64,000 nucleotides of DNA from Pseudomonadota bacterium (GTDB lineage Bacteria; Desulfobacterota; Syntrophia; Syntrophales; UBA8958), in contig JASGUC010000036.1 of NCBI GenBank assembly GCA_030057915.1, positions 21,511-85,510 on the forward strand. Reading direction: 5' to 3'. The translations under genes were made by a program, and so were the position numbers. Below the pieces are notes generated by a model. The model saw nothing but the letters and a program-made list of their open reading frames with translations, did no database searches and was not told where the DNA came from. Every line of letters starts with the position of its first letter. Positions within the stretch are counted from its first letter, which is position 1. Of this stretch, positions 9,731-21,650 are shown in pieces.

Positions 9731-9843
9731 ATTCGTCTGTCCTTCGTTTATCCCTTGGCTTGTCCGCCGCCCGTACCGGCCCGCCGCGCCGGATTACATG
9801 ACGCCACGCTCCGGCAGCGCTGCGGCAATGCGCGAACTCCCGG

Positions 9844-11792
<1,949 letters not shown>

Positions 11793-11864
11793 GCTTTCCT
11801 CTCCTTTCACCAAATATATTAAAGATTTTTAGCGGCTGTTTATGTCCTGGGCATGTCGCGGCAT

Positions 11865-11892
11865 AACATATACATCAAATGTTTCGTGTCAA
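11865..11892 (-). promoter_or_regulatory. candidate sigma70-type promoter for groES-groEL
   Basis: The minus strand reads TTGACA-16 nt-TATGTT about 75 nt upstream of the groES start. No CIRCE inverted repeat is seen. Confidence 0.3.
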
Positions 11893-12012
11893 GTTCGCGG
11901 CCGCATTTTTTTTCGCATCGATTCAGGAGGCCTTCCCCCCCTTTCTCCAGGACCGGGAAGAGGGGCATCATCCTGGATTTTCGTGGTTTTCCACTCATTG
12001 CCGGCATAAGGC

Positions 12013-12137
12013 GAGACCTTTGCAAAACGACCTATCCTGCCAGGCCGGGCTTGAAACGGCCTCCAGAAGATGCTTGAAAGCCCGCGATCCCCACTTTCGT
12101 GGAAAGAAGCCCATTTTCCCCTCATCCCCGATCCCCG
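12013..12137 (+). repeat. R1 repeat, forward copy lacking the right terminus, abutting the next copy
   Basis: It starts GAGACCTTTGCAAAACGACCTATCCTGCCAGGCCGGGC... and has the GGATCCCCACTTTCG block shared with copies at 24741 and 36348. Confidence 0.6.
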
Positions 12138-12138
12138 C

Positions 12139-12269
12139 GAGACCTTCGAAATCTACGTTATCCTGTCGCCCCGGCGGAAATCGGGGTCCGGAAGATCTTG
12201 AAAACACCGTATTCCGGCCTCCGCCTGCATTACGACAGGGAATGGGAGACGAGGTTTTGCAAAGGTCTC
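12139..12269 (+). repeat. R1 repeat, complete forward copy
   Basis: GAGACCTTCGAAATC...TCCTGTCGCCCCGGC...CTTGAAAACACCGTATTCCGGC...GGTTTTGCAAAGGTCTC. Confidence 0.8.
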
Positions 12270-12340
12270 TTCTCCCCCGACGACGCGGGGAGGCAGGGAG
12301 GGAAGGGGGAGAAAAATCGAAAAACCGGCGGGATGTCGTC

Positions 12341-12949
12341 CTACGACGGCGCCTTGATCTCCACCGGGACGGGGGCGAGACGGCGGAACTCCTCGGCGTC
12401 CTTCATGGTTCCCACGATGTCGCCGCAGTGGATGGGGATGGCGAGCCCGGGTTGGATGAGGGCGGCGGCCTTGGCCGCCTCGCCGGCGGTCATGGTGTAG
12501 GTCCCGCCCACCGGCAGGATGGCGATATCGGCCCGGATGTCCCTCATCTCGGGAATGAGGTCGGTGTCCCCGGCAAAGTAGATCCGCTTGCCTTCCACGG
12601 TCAGGATGAAACCGAGCCAAAGATTGGCCTGGGGATGGTAGGGCTTGCGGGGGTTGTAGGCGGGAACGGCCTCGATCCTCACCGCGCCGACCGTGAGGGA
12701 ATCTCCGGGGGCCATGGTCCGGACATCCCCCGAGAGTTGCGAGGCGCAGTCCGCGGGCCCGACGATGACCGTATCCGCCTTGCGGAGTTTTTCGATGTCC
12801 GCCGGGGAGAGATGATCGTGGTGGGAGTGGCTGATCAGGATCAGATCCGCCCTTGGCCCCCCCTTCACCTTCCAGGGGTCGATATATATGGTCCTTTCCG
12901 CCTCGATGCGGATGCTGGCATGTCCCAGCCAGAAGATCTTCGTTTGCAT
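12341..12949 (-). CDS. metallo-beta-lactamase-fold hydrolase (UPF0173-like)
   Basis: HSHHDH metal-binding motif. Start at MQTKIFWLGH (ATG 12949) with GGAGG upstream. The track ORF's N-terminal extension runs through an R1 repeat. Confidence 0.8.
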   Translation of the reverse strand: MQTKIFWLGHASIRIEAERTIYIDPWKVKGGPRADLILISHSHHDHLSPADIEKLRKADTVIVGPADCASQLSGDVRTMAPGDSLTVGAVRIEAVPAYNPRKPYHPQANLWLGFILTVEGKRIYFAGDTDLIPEMRDIRADIAILPVGGTYTMTAGEAAKAAALIQPGLAIPIHCGDIVGTMKDAEEFRRLAPVPVEIKAPS

Positions 12950-13021
12950 GTCACACCTCCGGACGCCGCTAATGGTCAGGCCAATCAAATACCTTAAACT
13001 TTCAACATCTTCAAGCGTTTT

Positions 13022-13156
13022 TAGACCTTTGAAAATCAACGCCTTCCTGTTGCCCCAACGGTGGCCGGACTCCAGAACACCTTGAAAACAAGTTTTTCCA
13101 GACTCCGCCGTCATGACGGCAGGGGGGGAACCGAAACGGCGCTTTTCGCAGGTCGC
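13022..13156 (+). repeat. R1 repeat, forward copy with mutated termini
   Basis: TAGACCTTTGAAAATC...CCTGTTGCCCC...CTTGAAAACA...CCGCCGTCATGACGGCAGGG...TTTTCGCAGGTCGC. Confidence 0.7.
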
Positions 13157-13228
13157 GTCCTTTCCTCGTCGTGCGGGGTGGCCGCCCGCCCGCACGGAGG
13201 AGAAACGTCACACGCCCTGGAGAGGCCC

Positions 13229-14230
13229 CTACCTGATCACCATGACGCTCAGGCTGTAAACCACGGCGGAGATTACGGCGGAGATGGGGATGGTGAGGAC
13301 CCAGGCCCAGATGATCGTTCCCGCCACTCCCCAACGCACCGCCGTGAGCCTTTTCGTGGCCCCCACCCCCATGATGGCCCCGGCGATGGTATGGGTGGTG
13401 CTGACGGGGATGCCTCCCAGGGAGGCGCCGATAATGGAAATGGCCGACGCGGTCTCGGCGCAGAAGCCGCCGATGGGCTGCAGCTTGGTAATCTTGGTGC
13501 CCATGGTCTTCACGATTCTCCAGCCCCCGTTCATGGTTCCCAGGGCGATGACGGTGTAGCAACTGAAGACGACCCAGAAGGGGATGTGGAAAACCGGCCC
13601 GATCAACCCCTTGTTGTAAAGGACGATGGCGATGATGCCCATGGTCTTCTGGGCATCGTTCATCCCATGGCCAAGGCTGTTGATGGCGGAGGAAAAGAGT
13701 TGTATCTTCCGGAAAAGTTTGGTGGAACGGGCCACGTTCGTATTGCGGCTGAGATTCAGGACCAGGGCCATCATGCAGAATCCCAGGAACATGCCGATTG
13801 CGGGGGACAGAAAGATGAAGAGCGCCGTTTTGATCAACCCCCACCAAACGAGGGCGCCGACGCCCCCCTTCAGGATCCCCGCCCCGATGAGGCCGCCGAT
13901 GAGGGCGTGGGAGGAGCTGCTGGGGAGGCCGACACCCCAGGTGATGAGATTCCAGATAATCGCCCCTCCCAGGGCCGAGAAGATTATGTAATTTTCGATC
14001 ACCTCCGGATGGACGATCCCGACGCCGATGGTCTTGGCCACGGGGGTGCCGATGATGAAGATGGCGGCGAAGTTGAAGAAGGCCGCCCACATCACCGCGT
14101 AACGGGGGGAGAGCACGCGGGTGGAGACAATGGTGGAGATGGAATTGGCGGCGTCGTGAAAACCGTTGATAAAGTCGAAAGCCAGGGCGATGACGACCAG
14201 AAAAATTACGAATCCGAGTGAGTCAATCAT
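13229..14230 (-). CDS. inorganic phosphate transporter, PiT family
   Basis: 333 aa polytopic membrane protein with the PiT signature FDFINGFHDAANSI. Lies downstream of its usual DUF47 partner. Confidence 0.93.
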   Translation of the reverse strand: MIDSLGFVIFLVVIALAFDFINGFHDAANSISTIVSTRVLSPRYAVMWAAFFNFAAIFIIGTPVAKTIGVGIVHPEVIENYIIFSALGGAIIWNLITWGVGLPSSSSHALIGGLIGAGILKGGVGALVWWGLIKTALFIFLSPAIGMFLGFCMMALVLNLSRNTNVARSTKLFRKIQLFSSAINSLGHGMNDAQKTMGIIAIVLYNKGLIGPVFHIPFWVVFSCYTVIALGTMNGGWRIVKTMGTKITKLQPIGGFCAETASAISIIGASLGGIPVSTTHTIAGAIMGVGATKRLTAVRWGVAGTIIWAWVLTIPISAVISAVVYSLSVMVIR

Positions 14231-14278
14231 TTGTATATCGGCAAAGAACCGGTGCGGGAAGGCTCGTCGGGGTCGGCG

Positions 14279-14899
14279 TCAGGCGTTTTTCAAGACGATG
14301 CCTTCCACGATGTTCGAGACATCTTCGCAGACATCCAGAGTTTCTTCGGAACGTTCAAAGATCTCTTTCCATTTGATGAGTTCGATGGGATCCGTTTCGG
14401 TTTCAAAAAGCTTGGCGATGGTCGTGCGGAGGATCTGGTCCCCGGCGTTCTCGATCGTGTTGATTTCCACGCAGGCCTCCAGGATCATGGGGGCGTTTTT
14501 CATGTCCCGCAGTCCCCGGATGATCTCTTTCACCTTTTCCGTGGCGGCATTGAGGAGCTTGGCCTGTTCCAGGAGTTCCGGCACGGGGGACTTGATTTTG
14601 TATAGCGACATGCGGATCGCCGACGCCTCCGTCATGTCCAGGATGCTGTCCATTTTGTTGACCAGGGCGTAAATGTCCTCCCTGTCCAGGGGGGTGAGGA
14701 ACGTTTTATGCATCTTCTCGTAGGTCCGGTGGGTGATGACGTCGGCCTCGTGCTCCAGTTCCTTGAGCTTGACGAGACGGGTGGCGAAGGAATCGTAGTC
14801 GTGGAGCATATCGAGAAAGAGCTTCGCCCCTTCGTCGATCTTGTCGGCCAGCTCTTCGAAGAGGTCGTAAAACTTTTCTTCCCTCGGAATGAGTCGCAT
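14279..14899 (-). CDS. DUF47 / PhoU-like phosphate transport accessory protein
   Basis: MRLIPREEKFYDLFEEL... is typical of the DUF47 family paired with PiT. Start at ATG 14899 with AGGAGGAAA upstream; the track ORF extends to 15220. Confidence 0.85.
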   Translation of the reverse strand: MRLIPREEKFYDLFEELADKIDEGAKLFLDMLHDYDSFATRLVKLKELEHEADVITHRTYEKMHKTFLTPLDREDIYALVNKMDSILDMTEASAIRMSLYKIKSPVPELLEQAKLLNAATEKVKEIIRGLRDMKNAPMILEACVEINTIENAGDQILRTTIAKLFETETDPIELIKWKEIFERSEETLDVCEDVSNIVEGIVLKNA

Positions 14900-15216
14900 C
14901 GTCGTTTCCTCCTGGCGGTTCCGGCTCCCCCTTGCCCATCGAGGCCGCGGCCGTGAACATGCCCCTTCGGCCTCACGGAGGATCGATCGCCCGCGATTTG
15001 CCGGATGGTCTATAGGATTGTTCTTGAAAATGCAACCGGTTTTCGGCGTATGCAAAGGAAATTGCGTGGTTGTCCCTCCGGCAGCGCCAATTTTCCCTGG
15101 CGTGTGGTCAAGTCTTGGGCGACACAGGACCCCGGAAAAGAGAGAAGGACCTCCGGCGGTCGCGGCCTGGCCACGCATCCCCGCGGCCGCCGTGGAAAAC
15201 CGGGAAGGGCGTGCGT

Positions 15217-18087
15217 TCAAGCCGCCTTTCCCAGCGCTTCGCGGATCTTCCTGGCCAGTCTGTCAACATGAAAGGGCTTCTGGAGAAACCCGTTGCAGCC
15301 CCGGTCCATGATCTGCTGGGCTTGACCTTCGAGACTGTAGCCGCTGGAAAGGATGATCTTCAAGTGGGGAGCGATCCGACGGAGGCGATCGAAGGTCTCC
15401 CCTCCCGACATCCCCGGCATGATCATATCGAGAATCACCAAGGCGATCTCATCGCCTTCGGCAGCCATGATTTCCAGGGCTTCCGGGCCGCTCCGGGCGG
15501 CGCTCACCCGATAGCCCAGGCTCTCCAAAATGTCCCGGCTTACCGCCAGCACGGTCTCCTCGTCATCCACAAGGAGGATTCTTTCCGTGCCCCCCTCGAT
15601 CCGGGGTTCCCCCGCCGCTTCGACAACCGCGACGGCGGTCTCCCCCGTGGCCGGGAGATAGATGTGAAAGGTCGAGCCTCGTCCGGGCTCGCTCTCCACC
15701 AGGACCTCTCCCCCATGGCCCTTGACGATCCCGTACACCGCGGCCAGTCCCAGACCCGTCCCCCTGCCCATGACCTTGGTCGTGAAAAAGGGATCGAAAA
15801 TCCTGGCCATGGTCTGTCTGCTCATGCCCACGCCGGTGTCGGTTATGGCAATATGGATGTATTTCCCCGCGGCGAGATCGCCCACGGGGGCATCATCGTC
15901 GATAAAGACATTCTCGGCGACGATGCGCAGTTCCCCGCCGCCCGGCATGGCCTGCCCCGCATTCACGAAGAGATTCATCAAGACCCGCTCCATCTGACCC
16001 GGATCCGCCTCCACCGTCCACAACCCCGGCGGGGAAGCGCGATGGACGGCCACATCCTTCCTTGTCCGCATAAAAATCAAGGTGGTCTTGTCGATGAGCG
16101 GGTTCATGTCCGTCGGCCGTTTTTCGTAACCGCCCTCCCGGGCGAAACCGAGGATCTGTTTCGTGAGGTCGGCGCCGTTGGCCACCTGTTTTTCGATGCC
16201 CTTCAAATGGCCCCAATGGGGATGGGAAGGATCGATGCCCATGAGCATCAACGATGCGTAACCCTGGATCCCCATGAGCAGGTTGTTGAAATCGTGGGCG
16301 ACGCCCCCCGCCAGGGTGCCGATGGCCTCCAGTTTCTGGGACCGCGCCAGGTCGTGTTCGAGGCGGCGGCGCTCTTCTTCCGCCCGCACCCGACCGCTGA
16401 TGTCCATCATGGTCCCCTCGTAATGACTCACTTCCCCCTGGGCGTCGGGCACAGACCAGACGCTCATGGAGACCCAGAAGGCCTGGCCGTCTCGCCGGTA
16501 AACCTTGTGCTCGAAGTTGTCCACCCGTCTCGCGTCGGCGAGGATCGCACGAAAACGTTCCGGCAGGTCGGCATTGACGAAGAATTGCCTGGACATATCG
16601 ACGACGCTCGCCGTCATCTCCTCCGGTGAGGCATAGCCGCACATCCGGGCCATGGCATTGTTGACGCTGATGAAGCGTCCGTTACGGTCGTACTGAAATA
16701 TGCCCTCGGCGGCCCGCTCGAAGATGCTCCGGTATTTGCGCTCGCTTTTTTCCAACTCCTTCTGAGTTTTCCACCGGTCGGTGACGTCGCGGATGATGCC
16801 TCTGACGACAGGGTCTTCCCGATCTTCCTTCTGCAAGATATTGTTGTACTCCAGGATACGTCGCTCGCCCGTATCGGTGAGTATGGACATCACGCCGGAG
16901 GCGCAACCCTTTTTCCTCAAGGCGTTCATATAGAGGCGCTCGAAATCGGCGGCATGGGAGGGGATGAGAAAATCGCTGACCTTACGGCCCACGATGTCCC
17001 GGCGTTTACGGCCAAGTATCGCCGCGCCGGCGGGGTTGATGGAGATGATCCGTCCTTCCAGGTCGTGGATGCAGATAGGGTCGAGGCTGTGCTCGAAGAG
17101 GTCGCGGAAGCGCCGCTCGCTCCGCCGCAGCTCCTCCTCCGCCTGTCGTCGTTCTGAGATGTCCCGGGCGGAGGCCATGACCGCCTTGACATTGCCCGCC
17201 GGATCCAACTCCGGGACAACGAGCCAGTCGATCCAGACGCCGCTGGGCAGTTGAAACTCCAGCCGATGGGAAGTCTTGTCTTTAAAGACCTTTTCCAGGG
17301 CGTCATCCCACAGCTTGACCAGATGTTCCGGGAAGCCCAACTCCCGGTGGGTTTTCCCGATAAAGGCCTCCGGCTTGATCCCGGTCTGCCTTTCCACGGC
17401 GGGATTCGCGTAGAGATGACGATGCCGGTCATCGAAGCGCATGATGACGTCTTCGGAGTTCTCCGCCAGGGCCCGGAACATCGCCTCCCGCTCCCGGGCC
17501 AGGTCCCGGGCCTCCTTCAGGTCCGTCACATCCACCAGGGAGGCGACGCTTTGATCCGTTCCCGGAATAATGTCGATGTAAAGGAGAATGCTCCTCAGGT
17601 CTCCCCGGCGGTCAACGAGGCGGAATTCGTATCTTGTCGGGGCCTGGGACGGCTCGCGCCGGCGCTCCCGATGACGGATTCGCATCTCTTCCAGGTCCTC
17701 GGGCGCCACAAACTCCGTCCAGGATCGGCGGCCTTCGATCTCCATCCGTTCATAGCCCACAAGGCGGGCGAATTCTTCATTGGCCAGGGAAATCGTGGTG
17801 TCCGCCTCAAGGATCACCGTGGCGGCCCCGGTATTCTCGAAGATCGTTCGATAACGTCGTTCCGACGCCGCCAATGCCTCCTGAGCCTCCCTGGCCTCCT
17901 CCATCCTCTTGCGCTGTTTCCATGAGAAATAGGCGAGGACAACCAAAGCGACGCCGGCAAGCAGGGCGTCGAGGCCCGTCGGGAAATCGGCGGCCACCCG
18001 GGCGCGGCAGGGCAGGAAGACGACAATGAAGGCCACCGCCGCCATGGTTGCGGAAAATATGTATCTTGAACGGGGGGAATCATGCAT
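15217..18087 (-). CDS. hybrid sensor histidine kinase: N-terminal TM segments, several PAS domains, HisKA/HATPase, C-terminal receiver
   Basis: H-box GGVAHDFNNLL, G-box GTGLGL, receiver ILLVDDEE...DMIMPGMSG. PAS-like blocks repeat between aa ~70 and 560. Confidence 0.9.
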   Translation of the reverse strand: MHDSPRSRYIFSATMAAVAFIVVFLPCRARVAADFPTGLDALLAGVALVVLAYFSWKQRKRMEEAREAQEALAASERRYRTIFENTGAATVILEADTTISLANEEFARLVGYERMEIEGRRSWTEFVAPEDLEEMRIRHRERRREPSQAPTRYEFRLVDRRGDLRSILLYIDIIPGTDQSVASLVDVTDLKEARDLAREREAMFRALAENSEDVIMRFDDRHRHLYANPAVERQTGIKPEAFIGKTHRELGFPEHLVKLWDDALEKVFKDKTSHRLEFQLPSGVWIDWLVVPELDPAGNVKAVMASARDISERRQAEEELRRSERRFRDLFEHSLDPICIHDLEGRIISINPAGAAILGRKRRDIVGRKVSDFLIPSHAADFERLYMNALRKKGCASGVMSILTDTGERRILEYNNILQKEDREDPVVRGIIRDVTDRWKTQKELEKSERKYRSIFERAAEGIFQYDRNGRFISVNNAMARMCGYASPEEMTASVVDMSRQFFVNADLPERFRAILADARRVDNFEHKVYRRDGQAFWVSMSVWSVPDAQGEVSHYEGTMMDISGRVRAEEERRRLEHDLARSQKLEAIGTLAGGVAHDFNNLLMGIQGYASLMLMGIDPSHPHWGHLKGIEKQVANGADLTKQILGFAREGGYEKRPTDMNPLIDKTTLIFMRTRKDVAVHRASPPGLWTVEADPGQMERVLMNLFVNAGQAMPGGGELRIVAENVFIDDDAPVGDLAAGKYIHIAITDTGVGMSRQTMARIFDPFFTTKVMGRGTGLGLAAVYGIVKGHGGEVLVESEPGRGSTFHIYLPATGETAVAVVEAAGEPRIEGGTERILLVDDEETVLAVSRDILESLGYRVSAARSGPEALEIMAAEGDEIALVILDMIMPGMSGGETFDRLRRIAPHLKIILSSGYSLEGQAQQIMDRGCNGFLQKPFHVDRLARKIREALGKAA

Positions 18088-18213
18088 CGCGTCTGTTTCC
18101 TCCGGCGGCGGTTTTCCCGGGCGGCGGGTCGCGCCCGTCAGGCACCCTCATGCTTGCGGTAGTGGACAGACGACCCGCGGGGGCCATTTAGCGGGGCCCT
18201 CATGCCATGCCCT

Positions 18214-19299
18214 CTATCCTATGGAGAGGAGTCTGGCCGCCACGGCGTCGCCCATGGCGGCAGCGCCCACCAGGATTGCCCCTTCGTGATGGATGTCCTT
18301 CGTCCGGTAGCCGTCCCGGAGGACCTGCCGGACGGCCGCCTCGACGGCCGCCGCCTCCCGGGGCATCGCGAGGGAGTGACGAAGCATCATGGCCACGGAA
18401 AGGATCGTGGCCAGGGGGTTGGCGAGGTCCCGTCCGGCGATGTCCGGGGCGGCGCCGTGGATGGGCTCGTACATCCCCCCCCGTTCCCCCAGGCTCGCCG
18501 AGGGGAGCATGCCGATGGACCCCGCGATCATCGCCGCCTCGTCGCTGAGGATGTCGCCGAACATGTTGGTCGTCACGATGACGTCGAACTGGGCGGGACG
18601 GGAGATGAGCTGCATGGCACAGTTGTCCACGTACATATGGCGCAGCTCCACGTCGGGATATTCCCGCCCCGTCTCCGTCACCACGTCCCGCCAGAGCTGG
18701 GCGCTCTCCAGGACGTTGGCCTTGTCCACGGAGAGAAGCCGCTTCCGCCGCTGTCGCGCCGCCGCGAAGGCCACCCGGGCGATGCGCCGGATCTCCTCTT
18801 CCGTATATACCATGGTATTGACACCGATGCGCCGTCCGTTTTCCACCCGGATGCCCCGGGGCCGGCCAAAATAGACATCCCCGGTGAGTTCCCGGATGAT
18901 GAGGATGTCGATGCCCTGGACGATTTCCGGCTTCAGGGGTGAGGCGGCGATCAGCTCGTCGTAAACGTTTACCGGACGCAGATTTGCAAATAGATTGAGT
19001 TTCTCCCTCAATCCCAAAAGGGCCCGCTCCGGCCGGACGCCGTAATCGAGGCCTTCCCACTTGGGTCCGCCCACCGCCCCGAGCAGAACGGCGTCGGCGG
19101 CCAGCGCCATCTCCAGGCTTTCGGCGGGAAAGGGGTCGCCGCAGGCGTCATAGGCCGCCCCACCGATCAGGCCGTACTCCAGGTCGAAACCCGCGCCGGT
19201 TTTTACCGCCAGGGCGTCCAGGACCTTGACGGCCTCCCGGATCACCTCCACCCCGATGCCGTCACCGGGAAATACGGCGATTGTATGTCTTTGCCCCAT
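18214..19299 (-). CDS. leuB: 3-isopropylmalate dehydrogenase
   Basis: [19 protein letters not shown]... full-length LeuB-like. Start at ATG 19299; the track ORF extends to 19425. Confidence 0.95.
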   Translation of the reverse strand: MGQRHTIAVFPGDGIGVEVIREAVKVLDALAVKTGAGFDLEYGLIGGAAYDACGDPFPAESLEMALAADAVLLGAVGGPKWEGLDYGVRPERALLGLREKLNLFANLRPVNVYDELIAASPLKPEIVQGIDILIIRELTGDVYFGRPRGIRVENGRRIGVNTMVYTEEEIRRIARVAFAAARQRRKRLLSVDKANVLESAQLWRDVVTETGREYPDVELRHMYVDNCAMQLISRPAQFDVIVTTNMFGDILSDEAAMIAGSIGMLPSASLGERGGMYEPIHGAAPDIAGRDLANPLATILSVAMMLRHSLAMPREAAAVEAAVRQVLRDGYRTKDIHHEGAILVGAAAMGDAVAARLLSIG

Positions 19300-19454
19300 T
19301 TCAAAACACCTCGACAAACGATCCGTCTTGGTTGCGATCCCGCAAGGCCTACCCGCCCCCTCCCCAAGGAAGAGGGAGATCGCCCCGCCCGGGGGCCGGA
19401 CGCTCCTTCCCGGCGGAGAGGGCAACGCGGCGCTGTTTACGGGAAAACCATCCC

Positions 19455-19946
19455 TCAGGACCGCCTTTTCAGGTAGGCCATCAACCCTCCGGCGGCGATC
19501 AGTTCCCGCATGAAGGGGGGAATCGGCTCGATTGCAAATCGTTGGGGGTCCCGTCCCCGCGTGACGATGAGGCCCCGTTCGGCGTCCACCTCGATTTCGT
19601 CCCCCTCCCGGACGGCCTCGTAGAGCGTCGACGCCTCGAAGATGGGCAGGCCCGTGTTGAAGGCGCTCCGATAGAAGATCCGGGCGAAGCTCCGGGCGAC
19701 GACCGCGGCGATTCCCGCTGCCTTGAGGGCGATCGGGGCATGCTCCCGGGAGGAGCCGCAGCCGAAGTTGTCTCCCGCCACGATGATGTCCCCGGGCCGC
19801 ACCTTCTTCGCGAAGTCCGGGTCGGCGTCCTCCATGCAGTGAGCGGCCAAAAAATCCGGGTCGGAACTGTTGATGTACCGGGCGGGGATGATCAGATCGG
19901 TATTGACATGATCCCCGAATTTCCAGACTTTCCCGGATAGTTTCAT
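19455..19946 (-). CDS. leuD: 3-isopropylmalate dehydratase small subunit
   Basis: 163 aa starting [24 protein letters not shown]. Its ATG overlaps the leuC stop (ATGA). Confidence 0.93.
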   Translation of the reverse strand: MKLSGKVWKFGDHVNTDLIIPARYINSSDPDFLAAHCMEDADPDFAKKVRPGDIIVAGDNFGCGSSREHAPIALKAAGIAAVVARSFARIFYRSAFNTGLPIFEASTLYEAVREGDEIEVDAERGLIVTRGRDPQRFAIEPIPPFMRELIAAGGLMAYLKRRS

Positions 19947-21220
19947 AGCTTGTGCACCCCCTTCAGTTCGTCCGGGCCGGCGATCCGACCCAGGATGGCG
20001 GAGGCCGCCGCCACCGCGGGATTGGCGAGATAGACCTCGCTGCCCGGATGTCCCATGCGGCCGACAAAGTTGCGGTTCGTCGTGGCCACGGCCCGTTCGC
20101 CATCGGCCAGGACCCCCATGTGCCCCCCGAGACAGGCCCCGCAGGTCGGCGGGCTGATGACGGCGCCGGCGTCGAGAAAGATATCGAAGAGCCCTTCGGC
20201 CATGGCCGTCCGGTATATTTCCGGGGTGGCGGGGATGACGATGAGCCGCACAAACGGGGCGACCTCCCGGCCTCTCAGCAGGCCGGCGGCGAGACGCAGG
20301 TCCTCGAGGCGGCCGTTGGTGCAGGAGCCGATAAAGACCTGATCGATCTTGATGGAACCGACCTTGCTCAACCCCTTGACATTGGAAGGCAAATGGGGAA
20401 AGGCCACCTGGGGCTCGATCTCGCTTACGTCGATCTCCAGAACGGAGGCGTAGCGGGCGTCGGGGTCCGACGCCCATCCGAGGTAATCCCGCTCGGCCCG
20501 GTATTTGACGTAATCCTCCGTAACGGCGTCGGGGGCGAAGATGCCGTTTTTCGCCCCCGCCTCGACGACCATGTTGGCCATGGCAAGGCGGTCCGCCATG
20601 GAAAGTTCCGCCACGGCCGCGCCGGTGAACTCCATGGCCCGGTAGGCGGCGCCGTCAACGCCGATCCGGCCGATTATATAAAGAATGATGTCTTTCCCCG
20701 ATACCCACTTCGGCGGCTTGCCCGTCAGGACGATCTTCATGCTTTCCGGCGTCCGGAACCACAGCTCCCCCGTCAGCATCGCCGCCGCCAGGTCCGTGCT
20801 GCCCACGCCGGTGGCGAAGGCCCCCAGGGCCCCGTAGGTGCAGGTGTGGCTGTCGGCCCCGACGATCAGGTCTCCGGGGAGGGCGATCCCCTGCTCGGGG
20901 AGGAGGACATGGCAGATGCCGGCCTTCCCCCCTTCGTAATAGTGGTCGAGGCGGTGCTCACGGGCGAAATCCCGCATGATTTTTACCTGTTGGGCCGATT
21001 TGATGTCCTTGTTCGGCGTGAAGTGATCGGCCACGAGAACGACCTTGCGACGGTCGAAAACCTTGCGTCCCCCGGCCTTCCGGAATTCCTCGATGGCGAT
21101 GGGAGCGGTCACGTCATGCCCCAGGGCGATATCCACCCGGGCATTGATCAGCATGCCCGGATGAACCTCCTCCCGGCCCGCATGAGCGGCCAGGATCTTT
21201 TCGGTTATTGTCATCCCCAT
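19943..21220 (-). CDS. leuC: 3-isopropylmalate dehydratase large subunit
   Basis: 425 aa aconitase-family protein with Fe-S cysteines ([15 protein letters not shown]). Confidence 0.95.
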   Translation of the reverse strand: MGMTITEKILAAHAGREEVHPGMLINARVDIALGHDVTAPIAIEEFRKAGGRKVFDRRKVVLVADHFTPNKDIKSAQQVKIMRDFAREHRLDHYYEGGKAGICHVLLPEQGIALPGDLIVGADSHTCTYGALGAFATGVGSTDLAAAMLTGELWFRTPESMKIVLTGKPPKWVSGKDIILYIIGRIGVDGAAYRAMEFTGAAVAELSMADRLAMANMVVEAGAKNGIFAPDAVTEDYVKYRAERDYLGWASDPDARYASVLEIDVSEIEPQVAFPHLPSNVKGLSKVGSIKIDQVFIGSCTNGRLEDLRLAAGLLRGREVAPFVRLIVIPATPEIYRTAMAEGLFDIFLDAGAVISPPTCGACLGGHMGVLADGERAVATTNRNFVGRMGHPGSEVYLANPAVAAASAILGRIAGPDELKGVHKL

Positions 21221-21265
21221 GAAACCAATCTCCTTGTTTATCGTCCCCCGACGGTTGTGGAATAC

Positions 21266-21369
21266 CAGGGTAAATTTGTTCTCAATGTAAGTAGTCGATC
21301 TTGAATGAGCTACTAAAACTGAGGCACGTCCTGTTTTCAGCCACTTAGAGATAGAACAAATTTACCGTG
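21266..21369 (-). mobile_element. MITE-like element, copy 2
   Basis: Termini CAGGGTAAATTTGTTCT...AGAACAAATTTACCGTG. Perfect 10-bp direct repeats TGTGGAATAC lie at 21256-21265 and 21370-21379. Confidence 0.85.
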
Positions 21370-21468
21370 TGTGGAATACGGCCCGGATGTTCACGGAAGC
21401 TTCTACAATATAACCGTTTCCGATTCAACCATTAAATCCGAATTTTACAACCCCCGGGAGACCGGTGA

Positions 21469-21571
21469 CAGGTAAATTTGTTCTCAATGTAAGTAGTTGA
21501 TCTTGAATGATCTACTAAAACTGAGGCACGTCCTGTTTTCTGCCGCTTAGAGATAGAACAAATTTACCCCG
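21469..21571 (-). mobile_element. MITE-like element, copy 3
   Basis: Same sequence with 4 mismatches to copy 2 over ~98 nt and a 1-nt shorter left end. Flanks AGACCGGTGA / AGAACGGGGA match 8/10. Confidence 0.8.
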
Positions 21572-21650
21572 AGAACGGGGATATTTTGCTTGAAACGGTA
21601 CGCCGGGGATGATATGGGGCAACCCTTTCAGGAGGCTACGGGCAAGGCAT

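Noticed and set aside
11793-12012. A CIRCE (HrcA) operator upstream of groES.
   Set aside because: No TTAGCACTC-N9-GAGTGCTAA-like inverted repeat is present. Only a sigma70-like -35/-10 pair was noted, at low confidence.
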